From the IMG/VR virus record IMGVR_UViG_3300044796_000401: a stretch of DNA of 64,000 nt, one strand, 5' to 3'. The notes under the pieces are model-generated. The model ran no database searches, was not told where the DNA came from, and was given only the letters and a program-made list of their open reading frames with translations. Each line of letters begins with the position of its first letter. The stretch's first letter is position 1. The DNA comes from a virus (Duplodnaviria; Caudoviricetes). Both the position numbers and the translations under genes were made by a program. Shown piece by piece: positions 54,795 to 64,000 of this stretch.

Positions 54795-55748
54795 TTACTT
54801 TGCGAGCTTCGTGTCCAAGACCTGAAAGAGTTTGGCTTCCGCTCTTACCAAGCTGCCGTCGCAAGAAACTGCGTATTTCCCGTCGCTTGCGCAGCCGCCG
54901 TGGACTTCCTCGCTCCAAAGTACGTTCCCCGCTGCTATGCCGCTATCCAAAGCCTGAATCTTGATTCCCAAGCAGGCGTTAGCCCTGCTGAACCCCATAG
55001 GGCGGTCGATGATGAGAACGATTTGGATTCTGGAATCTTCCGCCGTCCCGATGGAAAGCCCCTTGCCTTTCAGGTAGGCGAGCGTATCGCTCTGGATTTT
55101 GTCCACCGTATCCCCTTCGTAAAGGCGGTTGGAGCCGTGCTTGATGCCGGGGGTGCGGGTCAGCCACTTGTCCGCGCTCTTGGTCGTATGAATAACGAGG
55201 GCAACATCTTTCATTTGCGGTGTTGTTGCCACGGGTGCTGGCGTTGCCGCTGGCGTTGCGGGCACGGGCACGACAGGTTCGGCCTGCACGGGTGCTGGTG
55301 TCACAGGTTGGGGTACGGCTTCGGGAACCGGTGCGGGCAGCTTGCCGTGTATCCTCCAATCAAGGGCGATGGCGAGGCAGGCGTCCTTGACGGCCTTGCC
55401 GACCGATACTCTTCCCCCCGCATAGATGATGCCTTTGGCGGCATTCAAAACCATGATTTGCGATGCGCCCATCTCGCCGAAGACCGTTCGGTAACCTTCG
55501 CGGTTCAAGCTGATGAAATAGTCCGGGGCAAGCTGGTCGCTGAGGGTGATTGTGACGGCGGGGCACGACTTCAGCAAATCCTGCGCCATCTCGATCGTCT
55601 GGTCGTGCTTGTTGGTGATGCCGTTCTGCGTGCTGGTGTTGCCTTCGCCCGATATAAAGACGACGGGTTTGGTCTGCGCGAATGCGGACGCGGCGAACAT
55701 CAGGACTGCGACCGAGAGAACAGCTAGAATCTTTGAAGCTGGTTTCAT
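54795..55748 (-). CDS. Secreted two-domain hypothetical protein
   Basis: Signal peptide; Pro/Ala linker; GGAGA Shine-Dalgarno. Confidence 0.7.
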   Translation of the reverse strand: MKPASKILAVLSVAVLMFAASAFAQTKPVVFISGEGNTSTQNGITNKHDQTIEMAQDLLKSCPAVTITLSDQLAPDYFISLNREGYRTVFGEMGASQIMVLNAAKGIIYAGGRVSVGKAVKDACLAIALDWRIHGKLPAPVPEAVPQPVTPAPVQAEPVVPVPATPAATPAPVATTPQMKDVALVIHTTKSADKWLTRTPGIKHGSNRLYEGDTVDKIQSDTLAYLKGKGLSIGTAEDSRIQIVLIIDRPMGFSRANACLGIKIQALDSGIAAGNVLWSEEVHGGCASDGKYAVSCDGSLVRAEAKLFQVLDTKLAK

Positions 55749-55808
55749 AAGTCTCCTTTGTGAACCGGTCAGGGGCGGGCTGGCGCGTGAACGCTGTCCG
55801 CTCCGTCT

Positions 55809-55949
55809 TTACTGCTTGGCCTGCCTTCTTTCCAAGAACTCCTCGACGGCTTTCCGAACCAGCCAGCCGACCGAGCGTTCGTCCTGCTTTCCTATCTTCT
55901 TGAGGGCCGCGACAGCGGGGCTGTCCAGCCATAGTGTGAGTCTCTGCAT
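55809..55949 (-). CDS. CopG/ribbon-helix-helix regulator (46 aa)
   Basis: MQRLTLWLDSPAVAALKKIGKQDERSVGWLVRKAVEEFL; GGAGG Shine-Dalgarno; TTGACA/TATTAT promoter upstream. Confidence 0.75.
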   Translation of the reverse strand: MQRLTLWLDSPAVAALKKIGKQDERSVGWLVRKAVEEFLERRQAKQ

Positions 55950-56317
55950 AGGGCCTCCAGCTGCATAATACTACATCTTACGTTATCTTGTCAATTCCTG
56001 TTTTGGGCTGTCCGGGCGGAACTGATGGGCTGCCAGCCGCCGGTCCGCCGCGGCGATGCTGCATGGTGAAGGGCTTCCGCGCATAGAATAGAGGCTGGCG
56101 TGCCTCGTGCCGGGGAGCCACGACCGTAAAGTCTCTCATACTATGCATCGGCTCCCCGATTCAATTTTCTCCTAAACCGTTGAAAACCAAGGGCTTAAAA
56201 ATAGACGAAATCCCTTTCAGGCCGACAACCCGAAGTACCGAGGACGACCCCCAAAAGTACCAGTCCTCGGGTAGTCAAAGTCCCCCGTCCGCTGTATACT
56301 GTGGGCAGGAGAAACAA

Positions 56318-57271
56318 ATGACAAGCTTGAAGAAATCAAAGAACGCAAACCAAAACTTGGCAAAAGCAGCCAAGAAGGACGAGTTCTATACCCAGCTTGA
56401 CGACATCGCGAGGGAATTGAAGCACTACAAAAAGCATCTCAAAGGGAAGGTCGTGTTCTGCAACTGCGACGATCCGGAAGAGAGCAATTTCTGGAAGTAC
56501 TTTGAGAAGAATTTTGAATTTCTCGGACTGAAACGCCTCATCTCAACGCATTATGTGCCGAAGGGTCCGTCCTTCAAGCTGGAAATCATCGAAACCCGTA
56601 AATCGCCGCGTGTCGTTCGCACCCCACTGGAGGGCAACGGCGACTTCCGCAGCGAGGAATGCGTGGACCTGCTGGAACAGGCGGACATCATAGTTACAAA
56701 TCCGCCGTTTTCCCTGTTCCGCGAGTATGTCGCCCAGCTTGCCGAGCACGGCAAGAAGTTCATCATCATCGGACACCAGAACGCTATTGCCTACAAAGAC
56801 ATATTCCCACTCATAAAGGACAACAAACTTTGGTTAGGCTTCGGTTTCCAAGGTGGGGCGGCTCACTTTATCAATAAACATTACAAAGACTATGCTTCGG
56901 CAACTGACCACAAAGACGGCATGATTCGAGTCTCAGGCGTTCAATGGTTCACCAACCTCGACACCGCCAAGCGCCACGAAGACCTGATTCTTTACAAGAC
57001 CTACACGCCCAAGGAATACCCGACCTACGACAATTACGACGCCATCGAAGTCAGCAAGACAGGGAACATCCCCATGGACTACAGCAAAGTGATGGGCGTA
57101 CCCGTGACTTTTTTGGAAAAATACAATCCCGATCAATTTGAATTGCTTGGTTCAAATCGTGGTATTGACCAAGACCCAAATGGTGTTTATGGTCGAGGCT
57201 CAATGCTGAATGGCAAAGAAACCTACAAAAGATTATTCATCAAACGAAAAGTCAAGAAAGCGGGGGCTTAA
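56318..57271 (+). CDS. EcoRI-family adenine-specific DNA methyltransferase
   Basis: KKDEFYTQL, VFCNCDDP, GNGDFRS.EC, DIIVTNPPFSLFREY, MGVPVTFLEKYNPDQF. Confidence 0.9.
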   Translation: MTSLKKSKNANQNLAKAAKKDEFYTQLDDIARELKHYKKHLKGKVVFCNCDDPEESNFWKYFEKNFEFLGLKRLISTHYVPKGPSFKLEIIETRKSPRVVRTPLEGNGDFRSEECVDLLEQADIIVTNPPFSLFREYVAQLAEHGKKFIIIGHQNAIAYKDIFPLIKDNKLWLGFGFQGGAAHFINKHYKDYASATDHKDGMIRVSGVQWFTNLDTAKRHEDLILYKTYTPKEYPTYDNYDAIEVSKTGNIPMDYSKVMGVPVTFLEKYNPDQFELLGSNRGIDQDPNGVYGRGSMLNGKETYKRLFIKRKVKKAGA

Positions 57272-57274
57272 ATC

Positions 57275-58384
57275 ATGGACATCAAACTCAAGGAAATCAC
57301 CGTCCGCGAACTGACGGACGGCTATAAGGACAACGAGGAAGCCGGGGTCATCGGCTACAAAGGTCGGCTGGATATCCGCCCGCCGTACCAGAGGGAGTTC
57401 ATCTACAAGGACAAACAGCGAAACGCGGTCATCGATACCATCGCCAACGACTTCCCGCTGAACGTCATGTACTGGGCCGTTCGGAAAAACGGCGATTTCG
57501 AGATCATTGACGGCCAGCAGCGCACCGTTTCGATCTGCCAGTTTGTCACTGGGGATTTTGCCCTTGCCGTTTTCGGCAGCAAAGAGCAGCGGTTCTTCCA
57601 CAATTTGCAGGAAGACGAGAAAGAGAAAATCCTGAACTACAAGTTGATGGTGTACTGGTGCAGCGGCACGGATAGCGAGAGGCTGGGGTGGTTCAGGACC
57701 ATCAACATCGCCGGAGAGAAACTGATGGAGCAGGAACTCCGCAACGCCGTGTATGCCGGTCCTTGGGTCTCGGACGCCAAGCACTATTTCAGCAAGACCG
57801 GGTGCCCCGCATGGGGATTAGGCAGCGACTACCTTACGGGCTCGCCTATCCGGCAAGACTTCCTTGAAACAGCCATCGACTGGTTCGGCGAAAGCAAAGG
57901 CGATAGCATCGAAGATTACATGGCCAAGCAGCAGCACGAGCCAAACGCCCACGAGTTGTGGCTGTATTTCCAAGCCGCCATCAACTGGGTCACGGTCACT
58001 TTCCCCAAGCATCGCAAGGAAATGAAGGGCGTCGCTTGGGGAAAGTTGTACAACACGCACAAAGACGACAAGATCGATGCTGCCAAGCTTGAGGAAAAAA
58101 TCGCCCGTCTCATGGGCGATGACGATGTCACAAACAAAAAGGGCATCTATTCCTACGTTTTGGATGGAGAAGAACGAAGCCTGAATATCCGAGCCTTCAC
58201 CGACAACCAGAAACGAGAAGCCTACGAACGGCAGAAAGGCATCTGCCCCCGGTGCGAAAAGCAGTTTGAGCTTGAAGACATGCAAGGGGACCATATCACC
58301 CCGTGGCACCAAGGCGGAAAGACAACGGCTGACAACTGTCAGATGCTCTGCGCGGATGATAACCGGCGCAAATCTGGGAAATAG
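57275..58384 (+). CDS. DUF262 (GmrSD-like) plus HNH endonuclease
   Basis: IRPPYQREFIY, EIIDGQQR, F..IN.AG..L..QELRNA; C-terminal CPRC...DHITPW.QGGKT..DNCQMLC..DNR.K. Confidence 0.88.
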   Translation: MDIKLKEITVRELTDGYKDNEEAGVIGYKGRLDIRPPYQREFIYKDKQRNAVIDTIANDFPLNVMYWAVRKNGDFEIIDGQQRTVSICQFVTGDFALAVFGSKEQRFFHNLQEDEKEKILNYKLMVYWCSGTDSERLGWFRTINIAGEKLMEQELRNAVYAGPWVSDAKHYFSKTGCPAWGLGSDYLTGSPIRQDFLETAIDWFGESKGDSIEDYMAKQQHEPNAHELWLYFQAAINWVTVTFPKHRKEMKGVAWGKLYNTHKDDKIDAAKLEEKIARLMGDDDVTNKKGIYSYVLDGEERSLNIRAFTDNQKREAYERQKGICPRCEKQFELEDMQGDHITPWHQGGKTTADNCQMLCADDNRRKSGK

Positions 58385-58508
58385 CCAGACGGGGTTTTAA
58401 TCGTAAAGGTGGGGGAACCGCCCCGCTCCCGCAAAAAATCTTATAAATATAGTGGAATCAACTACTTACAAATAGCCAAAACCCCTCCGATAGCGGTATA
58501 CTATGGAC

Positions 58509-60230
58509 ATGGAAGAAACGCCTAACATAGCAGCAGAGCCGATCTGCTTCATCTCTAAATCCAAATTCATCGCAGGGCTTCAATGCCCCAAGCGTGAATG
58601 GCTTCAGGTCTACCGCCCAGAACTTGCCGTCGAAACCGCCACAGACATTAAGGAACAGGGTTCATTGGTTGGCAAGGCAGCACGGGATGCGTTTCGCGGC
58701 GGTGTCCTCGTTGACATCCCCAGCTACAATAGCACGTTTGACAAAGCCGCAGCAGAAACCAAGCGTCTCATGGAAGACCCAAACGTGCAAATCGTCTTCG
58801 AGGGGGCGTTTTCGGCGTCCGGCGTCCGGGTGCGCGTGGATGTTCTTATCCGCAGGGGCGACGGGTGGTCCTTGGGCTACGCCCCGGTCAATGGCGAAGA
58901 TTACTCCGTGGGTGAAATCATAGGCGAGGTCAAAGCATCTACGAAAGTTAAAGAGTCCCACATTTGGGACGCTAGCCTTCAGGCATATATCTTGCGCAAG
59001 TGCGGCGTGAACGTGCCTGACGTTGCCGTCATCCATCTCAACCGCAAGGGCTCAAGCACAGAGATTACAGGCAACGTGGCGGCACACGTTCCAGCCGATA
59101 CATACGCCCAGATGGGCGGCGGCTACATATGGGATGGCGCGATGAACGATGACGGCACCCGCAAGTATAACTTCGCCGAGCTTTTTGTCACCGTGCCGAT
59201 CACGCCGGTTCCCGATAGCGAGATCGTCACAGAACTCAATAAACAGTTTCGTATCCTCGGCCAGCCAACCGAGCCCAGCGCCACGTGCGGCAGCCAATGC
59301 ACAAAACCCTACGCGTGCGAATTCGCCAAGCGTTGCCATGAGGGTCTGCCTATCGATGATCTTGTCTATATGCCCAACGTGTTCGGCTCAACAAAATGGA
59401 GCCAGATCGACAAGCTGCGTAATTTGGGTGTTGTCTCGATCTGTAGCATCGACAGCAACAAGTTTCCCAAGACTAAGAGCAAGATCGAGCGCGTGCAGGA
59501 CGCTTTTAAGAGTGGCAGCGTCACGGCTGACTCGCAGAAGCTCGTCGAATGGCAGCGCAAGCTGAAGTTCCCCATTAATTTCCTCGACTATGAAACCGTG
59601 GCTTACGCCCTTCCCAATATCAAAGGCACCAAGCCGTGGGACGCCGTACCGATGCAGTTGTCCAATCATCGCTTGGATGCGGATGGCACACTCACGCATC
59701 AGGAATTCCTCGGCGAGGCGGACGGGACCGATCCCCGCGTGCCGTTCATCGAGGTACTGTTGGCGGCGGTCGGTACTGAAGGCACTATTGTTACTTACTC
59801 AATGTTCGAGTTTAATAACGTGAACGAGCCCTTGGCGAAGCGGTATCCGCAGTACGCCGAGCGCCTACGGGCGCTCAAGGAGCGTGCGTGGGACATGTGC
59901 GCGGTCGTCAAGGACTGCGTGTACCACCCGAAGTTCCGGGGCTCATTCAGCATCAAGACTGTGCTGCCCGTGCTCGTGCCCGGCATGAGCTATGAGAACT
60001 TAGCTATTGGCAGCGGCATAGATGTGTCGCCCGCATGGGACCGCCTGCTCAACAAGTGCACGCCCGCCGCTGAGCACCAGCAGCTTCGCGTTGACCTGCT
60101 TGCGTACTGTGGGCAGGACACGATGGCTATGGTTCAGGTGCTAGAAGTGCTAGTCGGACTGTCGGGGCAAAATGTGGCATCTGTCAACTTCCTCAAGCCT
60201 CTTTCCAAGGCGCAGAAGGCGGGGGCGTAA
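58509..60230 (+). CDS. DUF2779-containing nuclease (PD-(D/E)XK plus RNase H-like)
   Basis: SKSKF..G.QCPK..WL, RVDVL...EVKAST, FLDYET, H.EFL...DPR, GSFSIK.VLP, YC..DT.AM. Confidence 0.75.
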   Translation: MEETPNIAAEPICFISKSKFIAGLQCPKREWLQVYRPELAVETATDIKEQGSLVGKAARDAFRGGVLVDIPSYNSTFDKAAAETKRLMEDPNVQIVFEGAFSASGVRVRVDVLIRRGDGWSLGYAPVNGEDYSVGEIIGEVKASTKVKESHIWDASLQAYILRKCGVNVPDVAVIHLNRKGSSTEITGNVAAHVPADTYAQMGGGYIWDGAMNDDGTRKYNFAELFVTVPITPVPDSEIVTELNKQFRILGQPTEPSATCGSQCTKPYACEFAKRCHEGLPIDDLVYMPNVFGSTKWSQIDKLRNLGVVSICSIDSNKFPKTKSKIERVQDAFKSGSVTADSQKLVEWQRKLKFPINFLDYETVAYALPNIKGTKPWDAVPMQLSNHRLDADGTLTHQEFLGEADGTDPRVPFIEVLLAAVGTEGTIVTYSMFEFNNVNEPLAKRYPQYAERLRALKERAWDMCAVVKDCVYHPKFRGSFSIKTVLPVLVPGMSYENLAIGSGIDVSPAWDRLLNKCTPAAEHQQLRVDLLAYCGQDTMAMVQVLEVLVGLSGQNVASVNFLKPLSKAQKAGA

Positions 60231-60759
60231 TGTTTCCGTTTTCTAAATATGACAGGAAATCGTGCATTTACTATCGATTTATTCTTTAATGCAGCTAACT
60301 CCGTAACAATCAACTGAGGTAGCCATTTTACCCGGAGCGCTGTATACTAGGGGCGTGGACGGTGGACGGAGTTCAACCAGCGGGGCGCTGATCGCAAAGA
60401 GGAAAAGGAGAAACACCATGAACATCGGAACGAAGGTCACTCACAAATTCAACGGCGAGATGGTTGGCGAAGTCGTCGCCATCGGGACCGGGCCGTTCGC
60501 AGGCAAGGCGAAGGTCCAGATCGAGGTATACTTAGGATCAGGAGACAACGATGAAAGCCAAAGATAAGACAAAAGAGTTGGACGCATTTGTCGAGCGACT
60601 GCGAGCCGCGTTTGACAAACTTGACGGTCGTGAAGCCGAGAAACTGTTGAAGTCACTTGACCGCACAATCATCCGGACAATCGAAATTAAAGAGGGCAAG
60701 ATGACCGATTTCCCATATTGACTGGCTGACAGTTTGTTAGTATTATAGTGATCCTAACT

Positions 60760-62967
60760 ATGAACACTTCGACAAATCCAGCAATCGCCCACAGTGCCCA
60801 ACCAAAGGAGGGCATTCCAGAGCAGTCGTATGCGAACCACATCTCCAACGTGGTGTCCAACACGACTAGCAAGTGCGAGGACATGCTGAAGTACCATATC
60901 GCTGGTGCAAGGTTTTTGTCTTCTGCGAAGGCTGCCAGCGAATTTCACGACCTCGGCAAGCTCGAACCGGAAAACCAAGAAATCCTCCAAGGCCGCAAGA
61001 AGGGGAAGCTGATCAATCACGTAGACGCAGGTGTGGCACACCTTGTTGCGAACGGGCTTTGGGAGGCGGCCATAGCGGTAAATGCCCATCATTGGGGCTT
61101 GCCAGATTTGGTTGAGGAAGAAGAGAAGGGGCGTCGAAACGCCTGCCTGCGGGACGAAACAATTTTTGAACATACGAATCGCAGCATGGAGGACTTGATT
61201 AAGCGCCACGGCGAGAACGGGTTTTCTGTGTCTCTCCAGCCGGGTAACAACCCCCACTTGTCCGGCTTGGAGCGTCGGCTGCTGCTCTCTTGCCTCGTAG
61301 ACGCCGACCACTCCGACACCGGGCACAATTACCCCCAATACTTTCCTCCGCAAGTACCCGAATGCGGGTGGGAAGAGCGGCTCGCGGCGCTGAATGCCTA
61401 CGTCAATGGCTTGCCGAAAGGCTCCAAGAGCGACAAATTGCGCAGGGAGATCGCCGATGCTTGCCGCAGGGCCGAACTGGTGCCGCTCAGCACGCTGGAC
61501 AGCGCGGTAGGCACGGGCAAGACGTTATCGGCGATGGCGTACCTTCTGCGGCTGGCCATCCGGTTCAACCTCCGGCACATCTTCGTCGTGCTGCCGTACT
61601 GCAACATCATCCGCCAATCGGTAAAGGAGTATCGAAAGGCGCTGACCTTGCCCGGCGAAGACCCGAAATCGGTGGTGGCGGAGCACCACCACCTGATCGA
61701 ATTCGAACCCGTGCAGCAGCGGCATTTGACCACGCTTTGGAACGCCCCCATCATCGTCACCACGGCGGTGCAATTCTTCGAGACCCTGACCGCCGCCAAG
61801 ACCAGCCGCCTGCGCAAGCTGCACGAATTGCCGGGTTCGGCAGTATTTATTGATGAGGCCCACGCCGCCATGCCTGTCAAACTCTGGCCGTTCATGTTCG
61901 ATCAGATGAGGGAACTTGCCGAAGCATGGTCGTGCAAGTTCGTGCTGGGCTCCGGATCGTTGACCAAGTTTTGGGAGAGCCAGCGCATCATGGGCGAAGG
62001 AGTCGCCTTGCCGGACATTCCTGACCTAGTGCCTAACGAAATCAGGCGCGAGAGCGCGGAAGCGGAAAAAGAACGAACCGTCCTCAGGACGAAAAAGCAA
62101 GCCATGAGCTTGGATGATTTGACGCAATGGCTTATGGGCTTCAACGGCGCACGGCTCGTAGTCATGAACACCCTCAAGAACGCCGCCAAGCTCGCCCAAG
62201 CGCTCAGGGCTCAGGGGGTACAGGCATTGCACGTCTCCACCGCCCTCGCCCCGGCAGACCGCGAAAAAGTGCTGGAACAGGTCGAGAAGCGGCTCAACAA
62301 TGACCGAAACTTTGTCTTGGTCGGCACAAGCTGCATCGAAGCCGGATGGAACGTTTCGTTCGATGTCGGCTTTCGGGAGCGCAGCAGCCTCGTGAGCCTT
62401 GAGCAGATTCGCGGGCGAGTCAAGCGGCACGGAGGCGACGGCCCCCCGGCCGAGGTTTGGGATTTCAAGGCTGACGAGGACGACGATTCCTTTAGCCTCA
62501 ACCCCGAGTTTGCGAATAGCTCAGTCGTGCTAGGAAGCATGTTTGAAGATGGAAGCTTCGAGCAGGGGATGCACGCCGCAGACTTGGTGTTCCGAGCCTT
62601 GGAGGAAGAATGGAAATTGCAGCCCAAAGACGCGTGGGTGGCAACTATCCGTGAGGTGGAGAAAAGTGGGTGTTATAACAGCAGGAACCCCGAGAAAATA
62701 TTCACTGTAAGCCGAATGGCTCGGCTGATCACGCAGGAAACCCTGACCGTTGTGACCGATCCCGTCCTCGCCAAAAAGATGAAGGATGGGAAGCAGGTCA
62801 CTCCGCAGGAAGTGCAGCGGCACAGCGTCCAGATTTGGGAGCAGAAATTCGAGAAGCTGCATTTGGAGAAAAAGCTGGCTCTGATTGCCGACGACGTTTA
62901 CGAGTGGACGCTGGGTTATGACCCGGATTTTCTGGGCGTGATGGAGGGATTGCTGCCTCTCATTTAG
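60760..62967 (+). CDS. cas3: CRISPR-associated helicase/nuclease Cas3
   Basis: HDLGK, AHHWGL, SCLVDADHSDT (HD domain); GTGKT, DEAH, QIRGRVKR (SF2 helicase); TTGACT-17-TATTAT promoter. Confidence 0.92.
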   Translation: MNTSTNPAIAHSAQPKEGIPEQSYANHISNVVSNTTSKCEDMLKYHIAGARFLSSAKAASEFHDLGKLEPENQEILQGRKKGKLINHVDAGVAHLVANGLWEAAIAVNAHHWGLPDLVEEEEKGRRNACLRDETIFEHTNRSMEDLIKRHGENGFSVSLQPGNNPHLSGLERRLLLSCLVDADHSDTGHNYPQYFPPQVPECGWEERLAALNAYVNGLPKGSKSDKLRREIADACRRAELVPLSTLDSAVGTGKTLSAMAYLLRLAIRFNLRHIFVVLPYCNIIRQSVKEYRKALTLPGEDPKSVVAEHHHLIEFEPVQQRHLTTLWNAPIIVTTAVQFFETLTAAKTSRLRKLHELPGSAVFIDEAHAAMPVKLWPFMFDQMRELAEAWSCKFVLGSGSLTKFWESQRIMGEGVALPDIPDLVPNEIRRESAEAEKERTVLRTKKQAMSLDDLTQWLMGFNGARLVVMNTLKNAAKLAQALRAQGVQALHVSTALAPADREKVLEQVEKRLNNDRNFVLVGTSCIEAGWNVSFDVGFRERSSLVSLEQIRGRVKRHGGDGPPAEVWDFKADEDDDSFSLNPEFANSSVVLGSMFEDGSFEQGMHAADLVFRALEEEWKLQPKDAWVATIREVEKSGCYNSRNPEKIFTVSRMARLITQETLTVVTDPVLAKKMKDGKQVTPQEVQRHSVQIWEQKFEKLHLEKKLALIADDVYEWTLGYDPDFLGVMEGLLPLI

Positions 62968-63021
62968 GACTTGACAGGGGTTTTTATTCATGTTATGCTG
63001 TCTTAACGGATGGAGGATCGC

Positions 63022-63624
63022 ATGAAGGATGAAAAGATTTACGAGGTTGCACTGGAGATCGCAGGACCGATGGCGCAATTCACGCGCCCCGACTCCGGCA
63101 ACTCATTTGTGTCCTATCCAGTCCCGACTTTCGCTGCGGCAGCGGGCATTTTCAGGAACGTCGCATGGTGGAAGGACGTTTACATCGAGCCGATACGGGT
63201 GGAAATTTGCACGCCTGTCAAATTCATGCGGCTGACGCAGAATTATCATGGGCCGTTCAAGAAGCCCGGCAATAACAATTTCCAGCTTAGCATGCTGGCG
63301 CTTGTGGATGTCTGCTACAAACTTTACGGACGCACCCGCAGGCTCGGCGACGGATTCACGCCGGGATACAACCCCCTGCATGCCTTGCAAGAGCAGTTCA
63401 GCCGCCGCCTGAAGCAGGGCAAGCTGTTCCGCACCCCGTGCCTCGGCCTCTCGGAATGCACGCCGAGCTACTTCGGTCCGCTGCGGGATTCAACCTTTGC
63501 CCAGAAAGACATCAACTTGACGATTTCCAGCATGCTTTTCCGCACATTCAACGACGCCGGGGAATACGCGCCGGAATTCCGGCAGAACGTGAAGATCAAG
63601 GACGGAGTGCTGATTTATGCTTAA
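63022..63624 (+). CDS. cas5: Cas5, type I-C-like
   Basis: LEIAGPMAQFTRP...SYPVPTFAAAAGIF, LVDVCYKL, F.RRL..G.....PCLG..EC; own TTGACA-17-TATGCT promoter. Confidence 0.85.
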   Translation: MKDEKIYEVALEIAGPMAQFTRPDSGNSFVSYPVPTFAAAAGIFRNVAWWKDVYIEPIRVEICTPVKFMRLTQNYHGPFKKPGNNNFQLSMLALVDVCYKLYGRTRRLGDGFTPGYNPLHALQEQFSRRLKQGKLFRTPCLGLSECTPSYFGPLRDSTFAQKDINLTISSMLFRTFNDAGEYAPEFRQNVKIKDGVLIYA

Positions 63625-64000
63625 CGAAATCCATGCCCTCGCTGAAGCGCTGAAAGCCCGCAACGTGCTTGTTCCGGAGCGCCACCCTTGGATACAAAGC
63701 GTGGGCAAGAGCAAACCTATGTTCCGAGTCTTTCTCTCCCCCGCAGGCATCGTCAAATCCGTTGAGGAAATATCCCCAGAAGCTCGCAGCGGCATGTGCT
63801 TGATCCGCAGGGGCAACCACTTTTCGTTTCCCGTAACGAACCTGACGCTCAGTGACGACCCCAAGACGATCAAGAAGAACGCCGCGCAGCTTGGGCGGCT
63901 GCTGGAATTCGCCGCCGAACTCGGCAAGGTGTTCGACAAGGACAACGCAAAGCTCCTCGCCACGACGTTGCTGATCGAACGATTGAAAAAGGTCGAGCCG
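63617..64000 (+). CDS. Probable Cascade large subunit (Cas8c-like), partial at the window edge
   Basis: Open to the window end; begins MLNEIHALAE, overlaps the cas5 stop; called mainly from position. Confidence 0.55.
   Translation, partial: MLNEIHALAEALKARNVLVPERHPWIQSVGKSKPMFRVFLSPAGIVKSVEEISPEARSGMCLIRRGNHFSFPVTNLTLSDDPKTIKKNAAQLGRLLEFAAELGKVFDKDNAKLLATTLLIERLKKVEP

Noticed and set aside
7466-55932. Many long antisense or alternate-frame ORFs in the track (e.g. 8666-9355, 11050-11889, 19148-19987, 54768-55727)
   Set aside because: They shadow better-supported genes in GC-rich or repetitive DNA and show no motifs or initiation signals.

Overview
A 64-kb segment of a large dsDNA tailed-phage genome (or very large prophage). 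Evidence: P27-type terminase small subunit, tail-like low-complexity proteins, thyX, dCMP deaminase, NAD-dependent ligase, two inteins, many HNH/GIY-YIG homing endonucleases, 18 intact tRNA genes plus one pseudo-tRNA in two operons, and dense small ORFs. The host is possibly Acidobacteriota (inference only). Main observations: (1) each tRNA operon is preceded by a promoter, a short leader peptide and an intrinsic terminator with an overlapping antiterminator, and the leader codons match the anticodons of the tRNAs downstream, suggesting ribosome-stalling attenuators that sense tRNA depletion. (2) A Cas7-like/RAMP gene with an upstream GGY-NN pentamer array and hairpin (VIPR-like) sits inside ligA and splits it between the OB-fold and Zn-finger domains. 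(3) An IS1595 element and non-autonomous cassettes with the same terminal repeats carry a methylase, an Mrr-like protein and an HNH nuclease, and bound a 3.5-kb inversion that cut an HNH gene in two. (4) An IS200/IS605-type element has most of tnpB replaced by an endonuclease VII gene. (5) A type I (I-C-like) cas3-cas5-(cas8) operon starts at the right edge. (6) A repeated TAGCYA-17-TATACT promoter and many leaderless starts. All product calls come from motif recognition by eye; no database searches were run.
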